64,000 nucleotides of DNA from an uncultured delta proteobacterium (GCA_963808235.1 CAWEEQ010000004.1:3648001-3712000), one strand, 5' to 3'. Counted from the stretch's first letter, positions 1 through 10,052 are shown. The notes: generated from the letters alone by a model not told the origin. Numbers and translations are program-made.

Positions 1-760
1 CCGCGCATTCGAACTCTCGGCCCTCGCATGACGCTTCGACCAGCGCCTTGCGATCGTATTGAAAAGCGTCATCTAGTGCGGCGTTCAGATCGGCACGACG
101 CTTCACCTTGCTGATTCCAATCGACGAGCCGAGCGCGTTTGGTTTCACGAAAACCGGATAGCCCAGTTTGCTCGCGAGCCGCGAAGCGTGTGTAGGTGAC
201 TCACGATAGTCGGCTCGATCGATCGAGAAATAGCGTACCACCGCGACGCCCGCATCGCGCAGCAGCCGTTTCTGCGCGTCCTTGTCCATCCCGAGCGCCG
301 AGCCGAGCACGCCCGCTCCCACGTAAGCGAGTCCGGCCAGCTCGAGCAGTCCCTGCACCGTGCCGTCCTCGCCGTAGGTGCCGTGCAAAACCGGAAAGAC
401 CACGTCGAGCGCGCCGCGAATCGCATTGCGATCAAGATTGTCGTCCCGCATCGCGACGTCACGCGCGCCGTCGGCAGAGTGCGTCGATACCAACGATTGA
501 CTGTCCGGATGCGGCAGCAGAGTGACTTGCGTGCCGCTCGAGGTGAGCGCCGCAAGATGAGGTGTCTTCTCAGCCAGCACCTTGAGCGCGTCGTGCTCGA
601 GATACCAGCGGCCGTCGCGCCCGATCCCGATAGGAACGATCTCGTACCGGCTCGGATCCATCGCCGACATCACGGTCAGCGCCGAGCGGAGCGAAATTTC
701 ATGCTCGCCGGAGCGTCCTCCGAAAAGGACGCCGACTCTGATTCGTTTTCCCTGGGCCAT
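1..760 (-). CDS. ddl: D-alanine--D-alanine ligase (runs off window edge)
   Basis: Read manually on minus strand from ATG at 760: [27 protein letters not shown]... and later [22 protein letters not shown], typical Ddl motifs; absent from ORF track because no stop lies in the window. Confidence 0.93.
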   Translation of the reverse strand, partial: MAQGKRIRVGVLFGGRSGEHEISLRSALTVMSAMDPSRYEIVPIGIGRDGRWYLEHDALKVLAEKTPHLAALTSSGTQVTLLPHPDSQSLVSTHSADGARDVAMRDDNLDRNAIRGALDVVFPVLHGTYGEDGTVQGLLELAGLAYVGAGVLGSALGMDKDAQKRLLRDAGVAVVRYFSIDRADYRESPTHASRLASKLGYPVFVKPNALGSSIGISKVKRRADLNAALDDAFQYDRKALVEASCEGREFECA

Positions 761-912
761 CTTCGATCGCCGCGCAGCGCATCACGCGCGACAGCGAAGA
801 TTCTGACACGGCGCACCCGCCCGTTCGAGCACTGCTTGCGATATCGCCTCTCCCCCCACTCCGCGGCGACAAACGGAGCCGCTCAGGCCATTGGGTGCAG
901 GGGTCACCCCTG

Positions 913-2364
913 CTACTGCCGATAGTTGGGCGCTTCCTTGGTGATGAAAACGTCGTGCACGTGGCTCTCACGCATGCCTGCGTCGCTGACTTTGACAAAG
1001 CGGGCGCGCCGGCGAAGCTCGGCGAGATTCGACGCGCCGATATAGCCCATCCCGGATTGCAGACCGCCGACCAGTTGCTCGATGTTCGAGGCGAGTGAGC
1101 CGCGATGCGGTACGCGCCCTTCGATTCCCTCCGGCACATGCTTGCCCTCGGTGGCAATCTGCCCGTAACGATCGCTGGTGCGCTCGTTCATCGCTCCGAT
1201 CGAACCCATCCCGCGGTACAGCTTGTAGGTGCGCCCCTGGTAGAGAATCGTCTCGCCGGGACTCTCCTCGGTGCCTGCGAACAGCGAGCCGATCATTACG
1301 CTGGTCGCTCCCGCCGCGAGCGCCTTGGTGATGTCGCCCGAGAAGCGGATTCCTCCGTCTGCGATCACCGGAATATTGCGCGGCTCCGCGACCGCGATCG
1401 TATCGAGTATCGCGGTGATCTGCGGCACTCCGACTCCGGAGACGACTCGGGTCGTGCATATAGAGCCGGGGCCCATGCCGACTCTGAGCGCGTCGGCGCC
1501 GGCGTCGCACAGTGCTTTCGCGCCTTCGCTGGTCGCGACGTTTCCCGCGATCACTTCGAGTTCTGGAAATTCGCTCTTGGTCGATTTGATCGCATCGATC
1601 ACGTTGCGCGTATGCCCATGCGCGGTGTCGATGCAAATCACGTCGACTCCCGCGCGCTTGAGCGCCGCAACCCGTGCCTCGCGCTCCGGTCCGACTCCGA
1701 CCGCCGCGCCGACTCTGAGCCGCCCCATCCGATCCTTGCTCGCGTGCGGATTCCGAATCGCCTTGTCCATATCCTTGACCGTAATAAGCCCGCGCAGCCG
1801 GTTCTGATCGTCGACCAGCGGCAGCTTTTCAATCCGATGCGCCTGCAGAAGCTCCTTGGCGTGTTCGAGGTCGATGCCCGGGCGCGCCGTGATCACCTTG
1901 CTGGTCATCACGTCGCGCACTTGCTTGTCGAGGCGGCGCTCGAAACGAAGGTCGCGATTGGTCAGGATTCCGACCAGGCGGCCCTCAGACACGACCGGCA
2001 GTCCGGAAATTCGGAACCGTTCCATCACCGCGACCGCCTCGCCGATTTTCTGCTCGGGACTCACGGTGATCGGATCGACAATCATTCCGGTTTCGTACTT
2101 CTTGACGGTCTCGACTTCGGCGGCCTGTTCTTCGATCGAGAGGTTGCGATGCACGAGTCCGATCCCGCCCATCTGCGCGATTGCGATCGCGACGCGCGAT
2201 TCGGTGACGGTATCCATCGGGCTCGAGACGAGCGGAATATGCAGGCGGATTTTGGGCGTGAGAACGGTCGCGACGTCGCAATTCGCCGGCAGCAGGTCGG
2301 ACGACTGCGGAATCAAGAGCACGTCATCGAAAGTCAATGCTTCGCGAAGCTCCTGATGCGCCAT
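913..2364 (-). CDS. guaB: IMP dehydrogenase with CBS pair
   Basis: [17 protein letters not shown] catalytic Cys loop, IADGGI, YRGMGS; AGGAGG RBS before ATG at 2364 (ORF-track start 2730 over-extended). Confidence 0.97.
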   Translation of the reverse strand: MAHQELREALTFDDVLLIPQSSDLLPANCDVATVLTPKIRLHIPLVSSPMDTVTESRVAIAIAQMGGIGLVHRNLSIEEQAAEVETVKKYETGMIVDPITVSPEQKIGEAVAVMERFRISGLPVVSEGRLVGILTNRDLRFERRLDKQVRDVMTSKVITARPGIDLEHAKELLQAHRIEKLPLVDDQNRLRGLITVKDMDKAIRNPHASKDRMGRLRVGAAVGVGPEREARVAALKRAGVDVICIDTAHGHTRNVIDAIKSTKSEFPELEVIAGNVATSEGAKALCDAGADALRVGMGPGSICTTRVVSGVGVPQITAILDTIAVAEPRNIPVIADGGIRFSGDITKALAAGATSVMIGSLFAGTEESPGETILYQGRTYKLYRGMGSIGAMNERTSDRYGQIATEGKHVPEGIEGRVPHRGSLASNIEQLVGGLQSGMGYIGASNLAELRRRARFVKVSDAGMRESHVHDVFITKEAPNYRQ

Positions 2365-2384
2365 GATGTAAACCCTCCTTGGGT

Positions 2385-2416
2385 AAAAAAAGAGCCCGCG
2401 GATTTCCCGCGGGCTC
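2385..2416 (-). terminator. Intrinsic terminator in guaB 5' leader
   Basis: GAGCCCGCGG-GAAAT-CCGCGGGCTC followed by T7 on minus strand, just before the guaB RBS. Confidence 0.8.
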
Positions 2417-2426
2417 AAGTCGGCCT

Positions 2427-2465
2427 TCAGTTTTTGTACGCAGTCCGTTTGATCAGATGCGCCAT
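2427..2465 (-). CDS. Putative leaderless leader peptide [12 protein letters not shown]
   Basis: ATG 5 nt after a -10 box; stop 10 nt before the terminator stem. Confidence 0.45.
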   Translation of the reverse strand: MAHLIKRTAYKN

Positions 2466-2470
2466 ATCGG

Positions 2471-2499
2471 AATCTAGCAAGCGCCGAGGTCGCAATCAA
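2471..2499 (-). promoter_or_regulatory. sigma70-type promoter for guaB leader
   Basis: TTGATT-17 nt-TAGATT on minus strand. Confidence 0.6.
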
Positions 2500-2791
2500 T
2501 ACGGGATGCGCCGCCTTGCCGAAAATTGCGATTTTTGAGCGGATTATGCGCCTTGCCGACACTTGCCACGCGTGCGGCAGAGCGCGGAAATTGATAGGTC
2601 GATTTTCCCGCGGACTGTAAAATCGGACCGAGAGGTTGCTCAGGGACAGACCGTTGCGGGGCGGAGTTTGCGCGGCGAAGAAATCAGCATTGTTCAACAC
2701 AGATATTATTCTATCGCGGCGGTCGGACAACGGTTGTCCGGATGGTACGAGTGCTTTTCCTCTGATTGACTGCCTGATAGCGTTCCACGCG

Positions 2792-4087
2792 ATGCCGCAA
2801 GTTCTCTGTGCGCGATGTAAGCGTGACTACCTTGACCAGTACGATTCCTGTCCGTGGTGCGGGCTGCGACGCGACAAGCCGCCCGCCGCCACTGCGCCGA
2901 TAGCACCATCCTCGGGACTATCGAAGACTGCCTCCGCGCCGACTGCCTCCGCACCGATTGCCGCTGCGCAGGTATCGAAGCCGGTTTCCGCGCCGACCGC
3001 TGCTGCGCAAGTATCGGCTCCGCAGGCGGCTTTGGGAGAAAGCTTAACGCTGGGTCGGGTTCTGATGACGGTCGCGGTTGGCTGGGGTCTTATTGGGATC
3101 GCCAACGTAGTTGAGGTGTACGTAAAGTCGAGTTCCGCTGCGATGCGATCGCTCGGATTTTTCTTCGGCGTCTTGTTCTTTCTCTTTCCGAGTCTCGCCT
3201 TCTTTGCGTGGGGCGCGAGCCGAAATTCGAGGATCAGAAGTTCAACTCCGTGGGTATCACAGGCAGGGACGCCCGCGCCGCTGGACGAAATGCCGGTCTG
3301 GCAACTCGGTTGGTACGCGATGAAGATGCCATTCGAGAAGATTGCGATCTTTCTCCGGATGGCGATTGTTCCGCTCGCCATCTCGATCGCGTTGTCGCTT
3401 CCGAGTGTCTTCCTTCACCGGTCGCCCGCAGCCGCGGTAGCGAACGTCGCGCAGCGGAGCGGCGTGGGATCGATCGTGCTCATCGTTATCGCGCTCGCGG
3501 TGAACCTGGTTATCCAAATCCCGTTCCAGGTGGGATGGCTGCGTTTCGTTGTTCTGGGTGATTCGAGCGCAAGAGGACGCGGGTATTTTCGATTCGACGA
3601 AACAGAGAAGCGTTATTTGGGATACGTGATGCTGCTCCTGGCCGCTTTTCTTCCGGCCGGATTGAGCCTGGTATGGTTCCACAGGTTTCCACAAGGGTCT
3701 GCCGGGTCCGCGGGGGCTGCGCTGGTCTTTCTTGGACTGCTCTGTTTGACCGCGATGACTTTGGCGCGGCTGGTCTTTGTGCTCCCGGAGGTCGCGACTG
3801 GCCGCTTCGAGAGTATTTTCGTCTCGTGGCAGCGGACCGGCAGCATCGGACTGCGCCTGTTATGCGTAGTCGCGACCGCGGCCCTGCCGTTGCTGATGGC
3901 AAGCGCAGTCCTGCTCGAGTTTGGGACGGCGAACGGATTCGTCACGCGAATCGGCGCCATGGCGGGAAGCGTTTTTCTGGACTATGCGGGCCGAGCGGCC
4001 TTTCTCGCAGCGGTGGCTATCGCATATCGAGATTGGGGAATCGAAGTGAACGGGGCGGACCGCGCAACCGCAGCTACGGTCGCCTGA
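2792..4087 (+). CDS. Zinc-ribbon, Ala/Pro/Ser linker, multi-pass membrane protein
   Basis: N-terminal CARC..CPWCG, ASAP repeats, several hydrophobic segments; ATG at 2792 chosen as start. Confidence 0.75.
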   Translation: MPQVLCARCKRDYLDQYDSCPWCGLRRDKPPAATAPIAPSSGLSKTASAPTASAPIAAAQVSKPVSAPTAAAQVSAPQAALGESLTLGRVLMTVAVGWGLIGIANVVEVYVKSSSAAMRSLGFFFGVLFFLFPSLAFFAWGASRNSRIRSSTPWVSQAGTPAPLDEMPVWQLGWYAMKMPFEKIAIFLRMAIVPLAISIALSLPSVFLHRSPAAAVANVAQRSGVGSIVLIVIALAVNLVIQIPFQVGWLRFVVLGDSSARGRGYFRFDETEKRYLGYVMLLLAAFLPAGLSLVWFHRFPQGSAGSAGAALVFLGLLCLTAMTLARLVFVLPEVATGRFESIFVSWQRTGSIGLRLLCVVATAALPLLMASAVLLEFGTANGFVTRIGAMAGSVFLDYAGRAAFLAAVAIAYRDWGIEVNGADRATAATVA

Positions 4088-4136
4088 AACCGTTTTTTCG
4101 TTGTCCGTTGTCTCCTACAAACCGGAGTCCTTTTCG

Positions 4137-4763
4137 CTATTCGCCATTACATGATTCCGAGTGCGGGCCGGAGAAATCGACCGCCACTCTTTCGTCGTTC
4201 TCCAGTGACAAGTCCACGGTCCGGACGGCAGGATTGAACCGAACAAGAACATCGAAGGGGCTCGTCTGCCCGGCCAGTATGGTGTCGTAGTCGGGGTCAC
4301 CACCGCCTGATGAAACAAACTTTCCGTCGGCCGTTTTTAGAGTCACCAGGATCCGCAGCCCTTTGACTGATGCACTGGAAGCATTCTTCAGCTCGCCGCG
4401 GATATGCGCAAAGTTGCCGATGCTCTCGATCGTGCAATTCCAGGAACTGATTACAAAGTCTTTGCCGTTGCTGTTCGCGTTGGAAACTTCCTTGCCGGTG
4501 CTGCTCTCGCTCGGTGCTGAACTCTCCGCTTCAGGCTGAGGCGAGGTATTCGCCGACGATAGTTCGGTCGCATTTCGAGGCGCGAGTATCAGCAGGCACA
4601 CGAACAGAACTGCGAAGATCGATCCGATGTAGGTCGCGGCGCGCTGCCATGGCACCTTCATGTACTCGGGCATCACGCCTGGACGCGGACGGCCGCATTG
4701 AGGGCAGCATTCGGCGCCTTCCTCAAGTCGATGCGCACAGACTGGGCAGATTAGGTCCGCCAT
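4137..4763 (-). CDS. Zinc-ribbon + TM + FxLYD/DUF3426-like Ig domain protein
   Basis: CPVC..CPQCG, one TM, then IRGELKN..G+FV..ILAGQTSPF pattern. Confidence 0.7.
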   Translation of the reverse strand: MADLICPVCAHRLEEGAECCPQCGRPRPGVMPEYMKVPWQRAATYIGSIFAVLFVCLLILAPRNATELSSANTSPQPEAESSAPSESSTGKEVSNANSNGKDFVISSWNCTIESIGNFAHIRGELKNASSASVKGLRILVTLKTADGKFVSSGGGDPDYDTILAGQTSPFDVLVRFNPAVRTVDLSLENDERVAVDFSGPHSESCNGE

Positions 4764-4924
4764 CGTTTTAGAATCAGATCTCTCCTCGCGGAGCATGATA
4801 ACTGACGGTGCGCGATCGATCATCAGCTTGATAAACGATCTTGCGGTTAATCGTTATGGACCGAGGTCGAGAAGGGCGTAGATTTATTCCGCGTCAGGAT
4901 CAGCTCAAAGAAAGGGGAAACAGG

Positions 4925-5479
4925 TTGATCGAGTCTGAGAGTTTCCGCTCGCTGGTTAAACCGCAGGCCACCGTTCACCGGATTATCCGGCTGTTGTTCA
5001 TCGCCGCAGTCCCGATGTATGTCTGCATGGCTTACGTAGTGCTTGCGCAGAATACGCCCGGAGTCAGGGCTCCCTCATCGAACCCTCTTACAATTCCTTT
5101 CGTCATTCTTTCCGTGCTGGGCGCGGTGCTGGCCCCGTATATGCCCCGCGTATTGTTGCCGGATTCGCGGCTCCGGCAATTGCTCAACAGGCCGCCTGAT
5201 CAGCAAGTCACGTCCGGCATCTCGCCCGACGAACAACGCATGCTCGCGCTGCTTCCGAACTTCTTTGCCGTCTTTCTCGTGCGTCTGGCGTTTAATGAAT
5301 CGATCGCGCTGTACGGCTTTATGCTGGCTCTCTTTTCCAAGTCCTTCGTCGAAATTCTGCCATTTGCAATCGTTTCGGTTGCGCTCAACTTGATGGTGCC
5401 TTTGCCGTTGGATTCAATGCGGCAGCGGACTGCGGGTCTTGGCCTTCAAGAGGTCGGCATGCCGACACAGCCGCGATGA
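4925..5479 (+). CDS. Hypothetical four-TM membrane protein
   Basis: Four hydrophobic segments, LAFNESIALYGF motif; TTG start after AGGGG (start uncertain). Confidence 0.6.
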   Translation: MIESESFRSLVKPQATVHRIIRLLFIAAVPMYVCMAYVVLAQNTPGVRAPSSNPLTIPFVILSVLGAVLAPYMPRVLLPDSRLRQLLNRPPDQQVTSGISPDEQRMLALLPNFFAVFLVRLAFNESIALYGFMLALFSKSFVEILPFAIVSVALNLMVPLPLDSMRQRTAGLGLQEVGMPTQPR

Positions 5480-5519
5480 GCCATCTCCTCCTGCCGCGCG
5501 TTTACCTGCCGGACCAGTG

Positions 5520-5696
5520 GGCAAAAGCGATTTGATGATCATCGAGCACAAAAGCCGCGATTTGGAGCTGCTGCTGTTTTATCGAGACAGTCCCAAGCAA
5601 TATGCGGATTCGGGATTTCGCTATGTCGGTAAAGTCGATTACTTGGATCACAAGGCGGGGCATCCCACCAGTTTCACTCTGCGACTGAAGGGGTAG
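5520..5696 (+). pseudogene. Possible C-terminal remnant of DUF3427-like gene
   Basis: IIEHK..LLLFYR..FRYVGKVDYLDHKAGHPTSFTLRL resembles the DUF3427 C-terminus; no convincing start or N-terminal part. Confidence 0.4.
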
Positions 5697-5750
5697 TTTT
5701 CACCGGACCTGACTCGCTGCTCACTTCGCTCTGCGTGGAAATCAGTTCGA

Positions 5751-6566
5751 ATGACACTATTTGAATCGCCTTCACAATTTCGGGAGAAGGCTGCCATCTT
5801 TAGAATTTTTGAGATGTTGCCGCTTCAAGCTCCACTGGCTGAAGGGCACATCTTCCGTTGGTTTGCGCTAAATATTCCGATGGATTTGGGTACCGGTGGG
5901 AGCTTCACAAGCGATATCGACGTAATCGCCTGCTTGCGTCCTCTTCCGAAGTCCGTTCGCGCACGTTCCCCGTACTCTCCTCACTCCGATGGAAACATTT
6001 ACAAGACGTGGGAAGTAAAAGTGAGCCTCTTGTGCAAGGACGGAACGGCACGTTCGCTGAAATCCGGGAAGACCGCAGGCACGATCAAGCAGCTACGAGC
6101 ATATAGAAAGTTTGGGGCCTCTGATGTTTCTCTTTTCGACGTGTACATTTGTGAGGCGGGTTTTATGGATCGTAATTCTTTTCCCCCGAATCCGGTCCGA
6201 CGGGCAATCTTTGCGAAGGTTCCGGATCTAAAAAATAATGGCTTTGGTTATCAGATTCTTCCGTTCGAACACGATAAGGATGGAGATGTAAACGTCGGTC
6301 TAAAGATGTTTCGCATTCCAACTTGGTACGGTTCGCCATCCAGCAATTTTAAGCTCCTTCCCGCGATCCAGACCGCACCGGTCGATGGTTTCGCCCGATT
6401 GATTGAGCGCCTGAATGAATGCTACGAGCGTGCGGTAAAGCGGATGACGAAGGGCCAGGGGTTCGTCTGTGTCGTCTTCTGCCGTTCTTGCCGTCAACTG
6501 AGTCTGCAGCCAATGAGAGATGCAAGCTTGTGCGGGATGTGCGGCGAGGATCTCCGACTCCAGTGA
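5751..6566 (+). CDS. Hypothetical PD-(D/E)xK-like nuclease with C-terminal zinc ribbon
   Basis: SDIDVIA...WEVK..., QL.AY helix, FCRSC..LCGMCG; more AT-rich than flanks. Confidence 0.6.
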   Translation: MTLFESPSQFREKAAIFRIFEMLPLQAPLAEGHIFRWFALNIPMDLGTGGSFTSDIDVIACLRPLPKSVRARSPYSPHSDGNIYKTWEVKVSLLCKDGTARSLKSGKTAGTIKQLRAYRKFGASDVSLFDVYICEAGFMDRNSFPPNPVRRAIFAKVPDLKNNGFGYQILPFEHDKDGDVNVGLKMFRIPTWYGSPSSNFKLLPAIQTAPVDGFARLIERLNECYERAVKRMTKGQGFVCVVFCRSCRQLSLQPMRDASLCGMCGEDLRLQ

Positions 6567-6675
6567 ACCTGCAGCCAAGTGCCAGGTCTTGCGCAGCGTC
6601 TGCCATGGAGGGTGCAACACGCGTGCAGCGAAAACTCTTAGCGGCCTAGCCTCGGTGTCTACGGAATCGGAGCAA

Positions 6676-6729
6676 GCTCTGCCCGTTATCAGGAGAGGCT
6701 GACGCGAGTCTTAGAGCGGCGGGTGAGGG
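6676..6729 (-). repeat. REP-like palindromic element
   Basis: Reverse-orientation CCCTCACCCGCCGCTC..CGCGTC..CCTCTCC, matching the copy at 8815. Confidence 0.65.
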
Positions 6730-6801
6730 ATCGCGTTCCACATAGGGTTCTTGGGCAGCGGATCGGAATGTGCGGGGCATCAGACAATCGCGCCGCAAAG
6801 G

Positions 6802-6840
6802 TCCCCCACCCTAACCCTCCCCCGGCAAACGTGGGAGGGA
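6802..6840 (+). repeat. REP-like palindromic element
   Basis: CCCCACCCTAACCCTCCCCC..GGGAGGG hairpin. Confidence 0.6.
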
Positions 6841-6964
6841 AACAATCATACGACATCTTAGCTTGGGGGAAACAGAATCACGCGCTCGGGCGAGGGAAGC
6901 AGAGTCGCGCGACATCTTAATTCGGGCGAGGTCAAAACAGATCAAATTGGGCGAGGTAGCTAGT

Positions 6965-7750
6965 TCACTTGCCGGACCAGGTGGGTTTGCGTTTTTGGAG
7001 GAAGGCGGAGATGCCTTCCTGGGCGTCTCTTGTTGTTGCGTTCTGGCTCATCACTTCTTTGGTGTATTCGTAGGCCTGCTCTTGCTCGAGTTCGATTTGC
7101 TTGTAGAAGGCTTGTTTGCCGATTCCTATTATCAGCGGGCTTGCTTCTACTATTTGCATCGCCAGGGCGTGAGTCTCGGCGACCAGGTCGGCATCGGCAA
7201 CGACGCGGTTTACCAGGCCCCATTCGGATGCCAGTTGCGCGTTGATTGGGCGGCCGGTCAGGAGCATTTCCATCGCGTGTTTGCGGCCGACGGCGCGGGT
7301 CAGCGCGACCATCGGGGTTGAGCAGAAGAGGCCGATGCGGACGCCGGGGGTGGCGAAGGTGGCGCTCTCGGACGCGACTACGAGATCGCAGGTGGCGGCG
7401 AGTTGGCATCCGGCGGCGGTTGCGATCGCATGCACGCGGGCGATCACCGGTTGCGGGATTTGCTGGATCGTGAGCATCAGCTGGGCGCATAGATCGAATT
7501 CGTAACGGTAGAACTTGAGGTCGCGGCCGGACAGCTCGCTGAGATCGTGGCCGGCTGAAAATGCGGGACCGTTACCGGCGATGATCACGGCGCGCGCGTC
7601 GGCGCGTTTTCCGGTTTCGGTGAGGGCGGCGACCAGTTCCGCCATCATGTCGGTTGAGAGGGCGTTGCGTTTCTCGGGGCGGTTCATCGTGAGAGTGACG
7701 AGGCCGGCGTTTTCTTCGACGATTAGATTTTTGTGATTTTCGGTTGGCAT
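6965..7750 (-). CDS. Enoyl-CoA hydratase/isomerase family protein
   Basis: NRPEKRNAL, AFSAGHDL, ATAAGCQL, EGISAFLQKRKP; start MPTENH. Confidence 0.92.
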   Translation of the reverse strand: MPTENHKNLIVEENAGLVTLTMNRPEKRNALSTDMMAELVAALTETGKRADARAVIIAGNGPAFSAGHDLSELSGRDLKFYRYEFDLCAQLMLTIQQIPQPVIARVHAIATAAGCQLAATCDLVVASESATFATPGVRIGLFCSTPMVALTRAVGRKHAMEMLLTGRPINAQLASEWGLVNRVVADADLVAETHALAMQIVEASPLIIGIGKQAFYKQIELEQEQAYEYTKEVMSQNATTRDAQEGISAFLQKRKPTWSGK

Positions 7751-7860
7751 GGTGTTCACCTGTGCGGAGCGACAAAAGTTTTCGCGGGACCGCATATTCG
7801 GAGCAGCTCGGCTGCGCAGGCCCCAAGCGAAGTAGTGGTGCCGTGCGCCGAGAAAAATCC

Positions 7861-7889
7861 GGGATTCTTCGCTTCGCTCAGAATGACAC
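7861..7889. repeat. Half copy of GTCATTCTGAGCGAAGCGAAGAATC-type intergenic repeat
   Basis: GGATTCTTCGCTTCGCTCAGAATGAC, a widespread REP-like arm; partner arm not found. Confidence 0.5.
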
Positions 7890-7916
7890 AAAAAGGAGCG
7901 CGCGCGTCAGAGGCTC

Positions 7917-8744
7917 TCAGCGGTCGGGATCGTTCTTCCATTCTTCGGGGTAGAGGAGGAGCAAGTCCTGGCCCAGGGCGCGGACGAGGAAGCGTTGGGT
8001 TTCGTTGATTGCGCGCTCGAGGGCGCGGCCGCCGATTAGCCAATGGCCGCGGCCGGCGATTTTCGCGATTTTTGCGCCGATTGATTCGGCGAACTTTGTC
8101 GTCTGGTCGAAGGGAGCGAAGATGTCGGACTCGCCGGCGACGATCAGGCGGGGGGCGGATTTCTCCGGCGGGGCGAGATCGATCGCGCCGTTGATAATGT
8201 CGGAGGCGACGCGGCCCGAATCGGGAAGCATCGATTTGATCAGGCCGTCGCGCGTGAAGGGATCGGAATCGGCGATCAGCTCGAAGAGAATCCTGCCGCG
8301 CGGGGGTTTGATCTCGCGGCCGCGCATAATCGCGAGCCGATTTGCGAATCCGGCAATCAGCGGAGTCCGAAAGCCGGGAATCAGCGGCGCGTATGCGACC
8401 GACGCCTTGACTCGCGGATGCGCCGATAATTTCAGCGCGACCAATCCGCCGACGCCGTGTCCGAGGACGACTGCGTCACGGCCCAGCGCGTCGATCGCTT
8501 CGCTCGCGAGCGCGACCAGATCGGCGAACTGAAGGTTGGCGAGCGGAGGCGTCGCGCCCATCCCGAATGCGGCGCGGAGATCAGGCACATAGACTTCCCA
8601 TCCTATGGACCCGAGATATCCGAGCACGATCGCGAGGTGGCGCGGGGTGGTGAAGAGTTCGGGGAGGAGAATTATCGGCGCGGCGAATTTGATTGGCTCG
8701 GGGCGCTCGCAAGTTGTGGGGAAGCGGCCGAGCTCGATGTCCAT
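7917..8744 (-). CDS. Alpha/beta hydrolase fold protein (nucleophile Ser replaced by Gly)
   Basis: VPDLR, VLGHGVGG, LIVAGESD, GRGHW motifs. Confidence 0.8.
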   Translation of the reverse strand: MDIELGRFPTTCERPEPIKFAAPIILLPELFTTPRHLAIVLGYLGSIGWEVYVPDLRAAFGMGATPPLANLQFADLVALASEAIDALGRDAVVLGHGVGGLVALKLSAHPRVKASVAYAPLIPGFRTPLIAGFANRLAIMRGREIKPPRGRILFELIADSDPFTRDGLIKSMLPDSGRVASDIINGAIDLAPPEKSAPRLIVAGESDIFAPFDQTTKFAESIGAKIAKIAGRGHWLIGGRALERAINETQRFLVRALGQDLLLLYPEEWKNDPDR

Positions 8745-8814
8745 GGTGAGGTTGAGCTTAGCGAAAGTTATCGGTGATGTGGATTCGGTGGCGTGCGGAG
8801 AATTTTGATGTGGA

Positions 8815-8868
8815 CCCTCACCCGCCGCTCAAGGTCTCGCGTCGACCTCTCCCTGTCAGGGAGAGGCG
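8815..8868 (+). repeat. REP-like palindromic element
   Basis: CCCTCACCCGCCGCTC..CGCGTCGACCTCTCCCTGTCAGGGAGAGG. Confidence 0.75.
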
Positions 8869-8973
8869 ATTCACACGAAATGCGGGCGCGGATTCCAGTT
8901 GCTTAAAGAGCTCGCTCGCGTCTAGCATCCGCGGCACCCGCGATCTCACCGTATGTGCATCTTGGAGGAGTCG

Positions 8974-9714
8974 ATGAACGAATTGGCAGCCTTTCGAGCC
9001 GCCCTGCTTGGCGCGGCTTTGATCCTTGTTCCCGCCACGGCCAGCTACGCCAAGGCACCCTTTCCCGGTGCGAAATGTGTTTCGACTTCGGGCACAACGA
9101 CCAACCCGGGACCGGATGGCAGCGAATGCTCGGCGGACTCCGATGGCAGTAAGGGCTCAAAGGCTGTTGCAAAGGCAACTGGCAATGGCGCCGACGCGCA
9201 AGCGTCCGTCACTGTCGGTGGCCTGGCCAAGTCGACCGCATTGGACGGTTCCGCCGCGGACACCGAAGCGGACGGGACGGGCTCGGCAATCTCTCACGCA
9301 ACCGGCGCCGGATCGTTTGCCGATTCCAATATTTCCGAGAGCGGCATCGGAATAAGTACGGCTAGTTCCGGCGGTGACTCCGGCGCCAACGCCAGGAGCA
9401 ACTGCAAATCCACTGCGACCGCTTCCAACAATGGAACGTCCATCAATGGATGCTTTCGACCTGGATCAGTGTCAGAAAGCAGCGCCGACGGCGGAACGGC
9501 TGGAACCTCATCCGAAGGAAACAACTGTAGAACCAAGGCGACCTCGTCCGGAGACGGCTCTGACGCGGAAGCCACCTGCATCAACAAGAACACGAAGGTG
9601 ATCGCAGTGGCCACCGGCGGCGGCATCGCGATGGGCTTCGACTATCAAGCGCCCGTCTGCACGCCCAACGGCGGCACCGCGATGGTGAAAAGCCCGATGG
9701 GAAACTGTCCCTGA
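8974..9714 (+). CDS. Secreted Gly/Ser/Ala/Thr-rich repeat protein
   Basis: GGAGGAG RBS, signal peptide ending ASYA, ~20-aa small-residue repeats, several Cys. Confidence 0.75.
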   Translation: MNELAAFRAALLGAALILVPATASYAKAPFPGAKCVSTSGTTTNPGPDGSECSADSDGSKGSKAVAKATGNGADAQASVTVGGLAKSTALDGSAADTEADGTGSAISHATGAGSFADSNISESGIGISTASSGGDSGANARSNCKSTATASNNGTSINGCFRPGSVSESSADGGTAGTSSEGNNCRTKATSSGDGSDAEATCINKNTKVIAVATGGGIAMGFDYQAPVCTPNGGTAMVKSPMGNCP

Positions 9715-9760
9715 GGTTCCACAGATTCGGCTTCTGCGCGAATTCAGCTCGCGTCGCGCG

Positions 9761-9806
9761 CCCTCACCCGACGCTTCGCGTCGACCTCTCCCTGTCAGGG
9801 CGAGGC
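9761..9806 (+). repeat. REP-like palindromic element
   Basis: CCCTCACCCGACGCTTCGCGTCGACCTCTCCCTGTCAGGGCGAGG, near copy of 8815 element. Confidence 0.75.
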
Positions 9807-9820
9807 TATTCGGAGCGTCG

Positions 9821-10042
9821 TCATCCGTGACTCTTTGGCATCCATCCCATATCGAACCACACAAGGGTCGAAATCATAAAGATGGTAGTCAGGATTAGGC
9901 AACGGAGCAGGATCGACCGAAACCACTCCGCAATCCGGCGCGGACGACCATGATAGTAGGGGAATCGGCTGATGCTCTCGAAGACGACCGCGAGCACGTA
10001 AACGATTACGAACATTTTAACAAAAGTGCCTAACGTCATCAT
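9821..10042 (-). CDS. Small two-TM hypothetical protein
   Basis: Two hydrophobic helices joined by a basic loop; directly follows the oxidoreductase. Confidence 0.45.
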   Translation of the reverse strand: MMTLGTFVKMFVIVYVLAVVFESISRFPYYHGRPRRIAEWFRSILLRCLILTTIFMISTLVWFDMGWMPKSHG

Positions 10043-10052
10043 CGACCTGCTG

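Noticed and set aside
1105-2538. Long antisense or alternate-frame ORFs (also 22083-23378, 39125-40423, 51501-52802, 61453-62919 and many shorter ones)
   Set aside because: Shadow ORFs of well-supported genes, expected with high-GC codon bias; no recognisable motifs.
2365-2560. Purine or ykkC-type riboswitch upstream of guaB
   Set aside because: No aptamer consensus recognised by eye and little room between promoter and terminator; an Infernal scan would settle it.
6840-6960. Short repeats (GACATCTTA, GGGCGAGG, AACAGA) as a CRISPR array
   Set aside because: Degenerate, irregularly spaced, no unique spacers, no cas genes; more likely decayed REP-like sequence.
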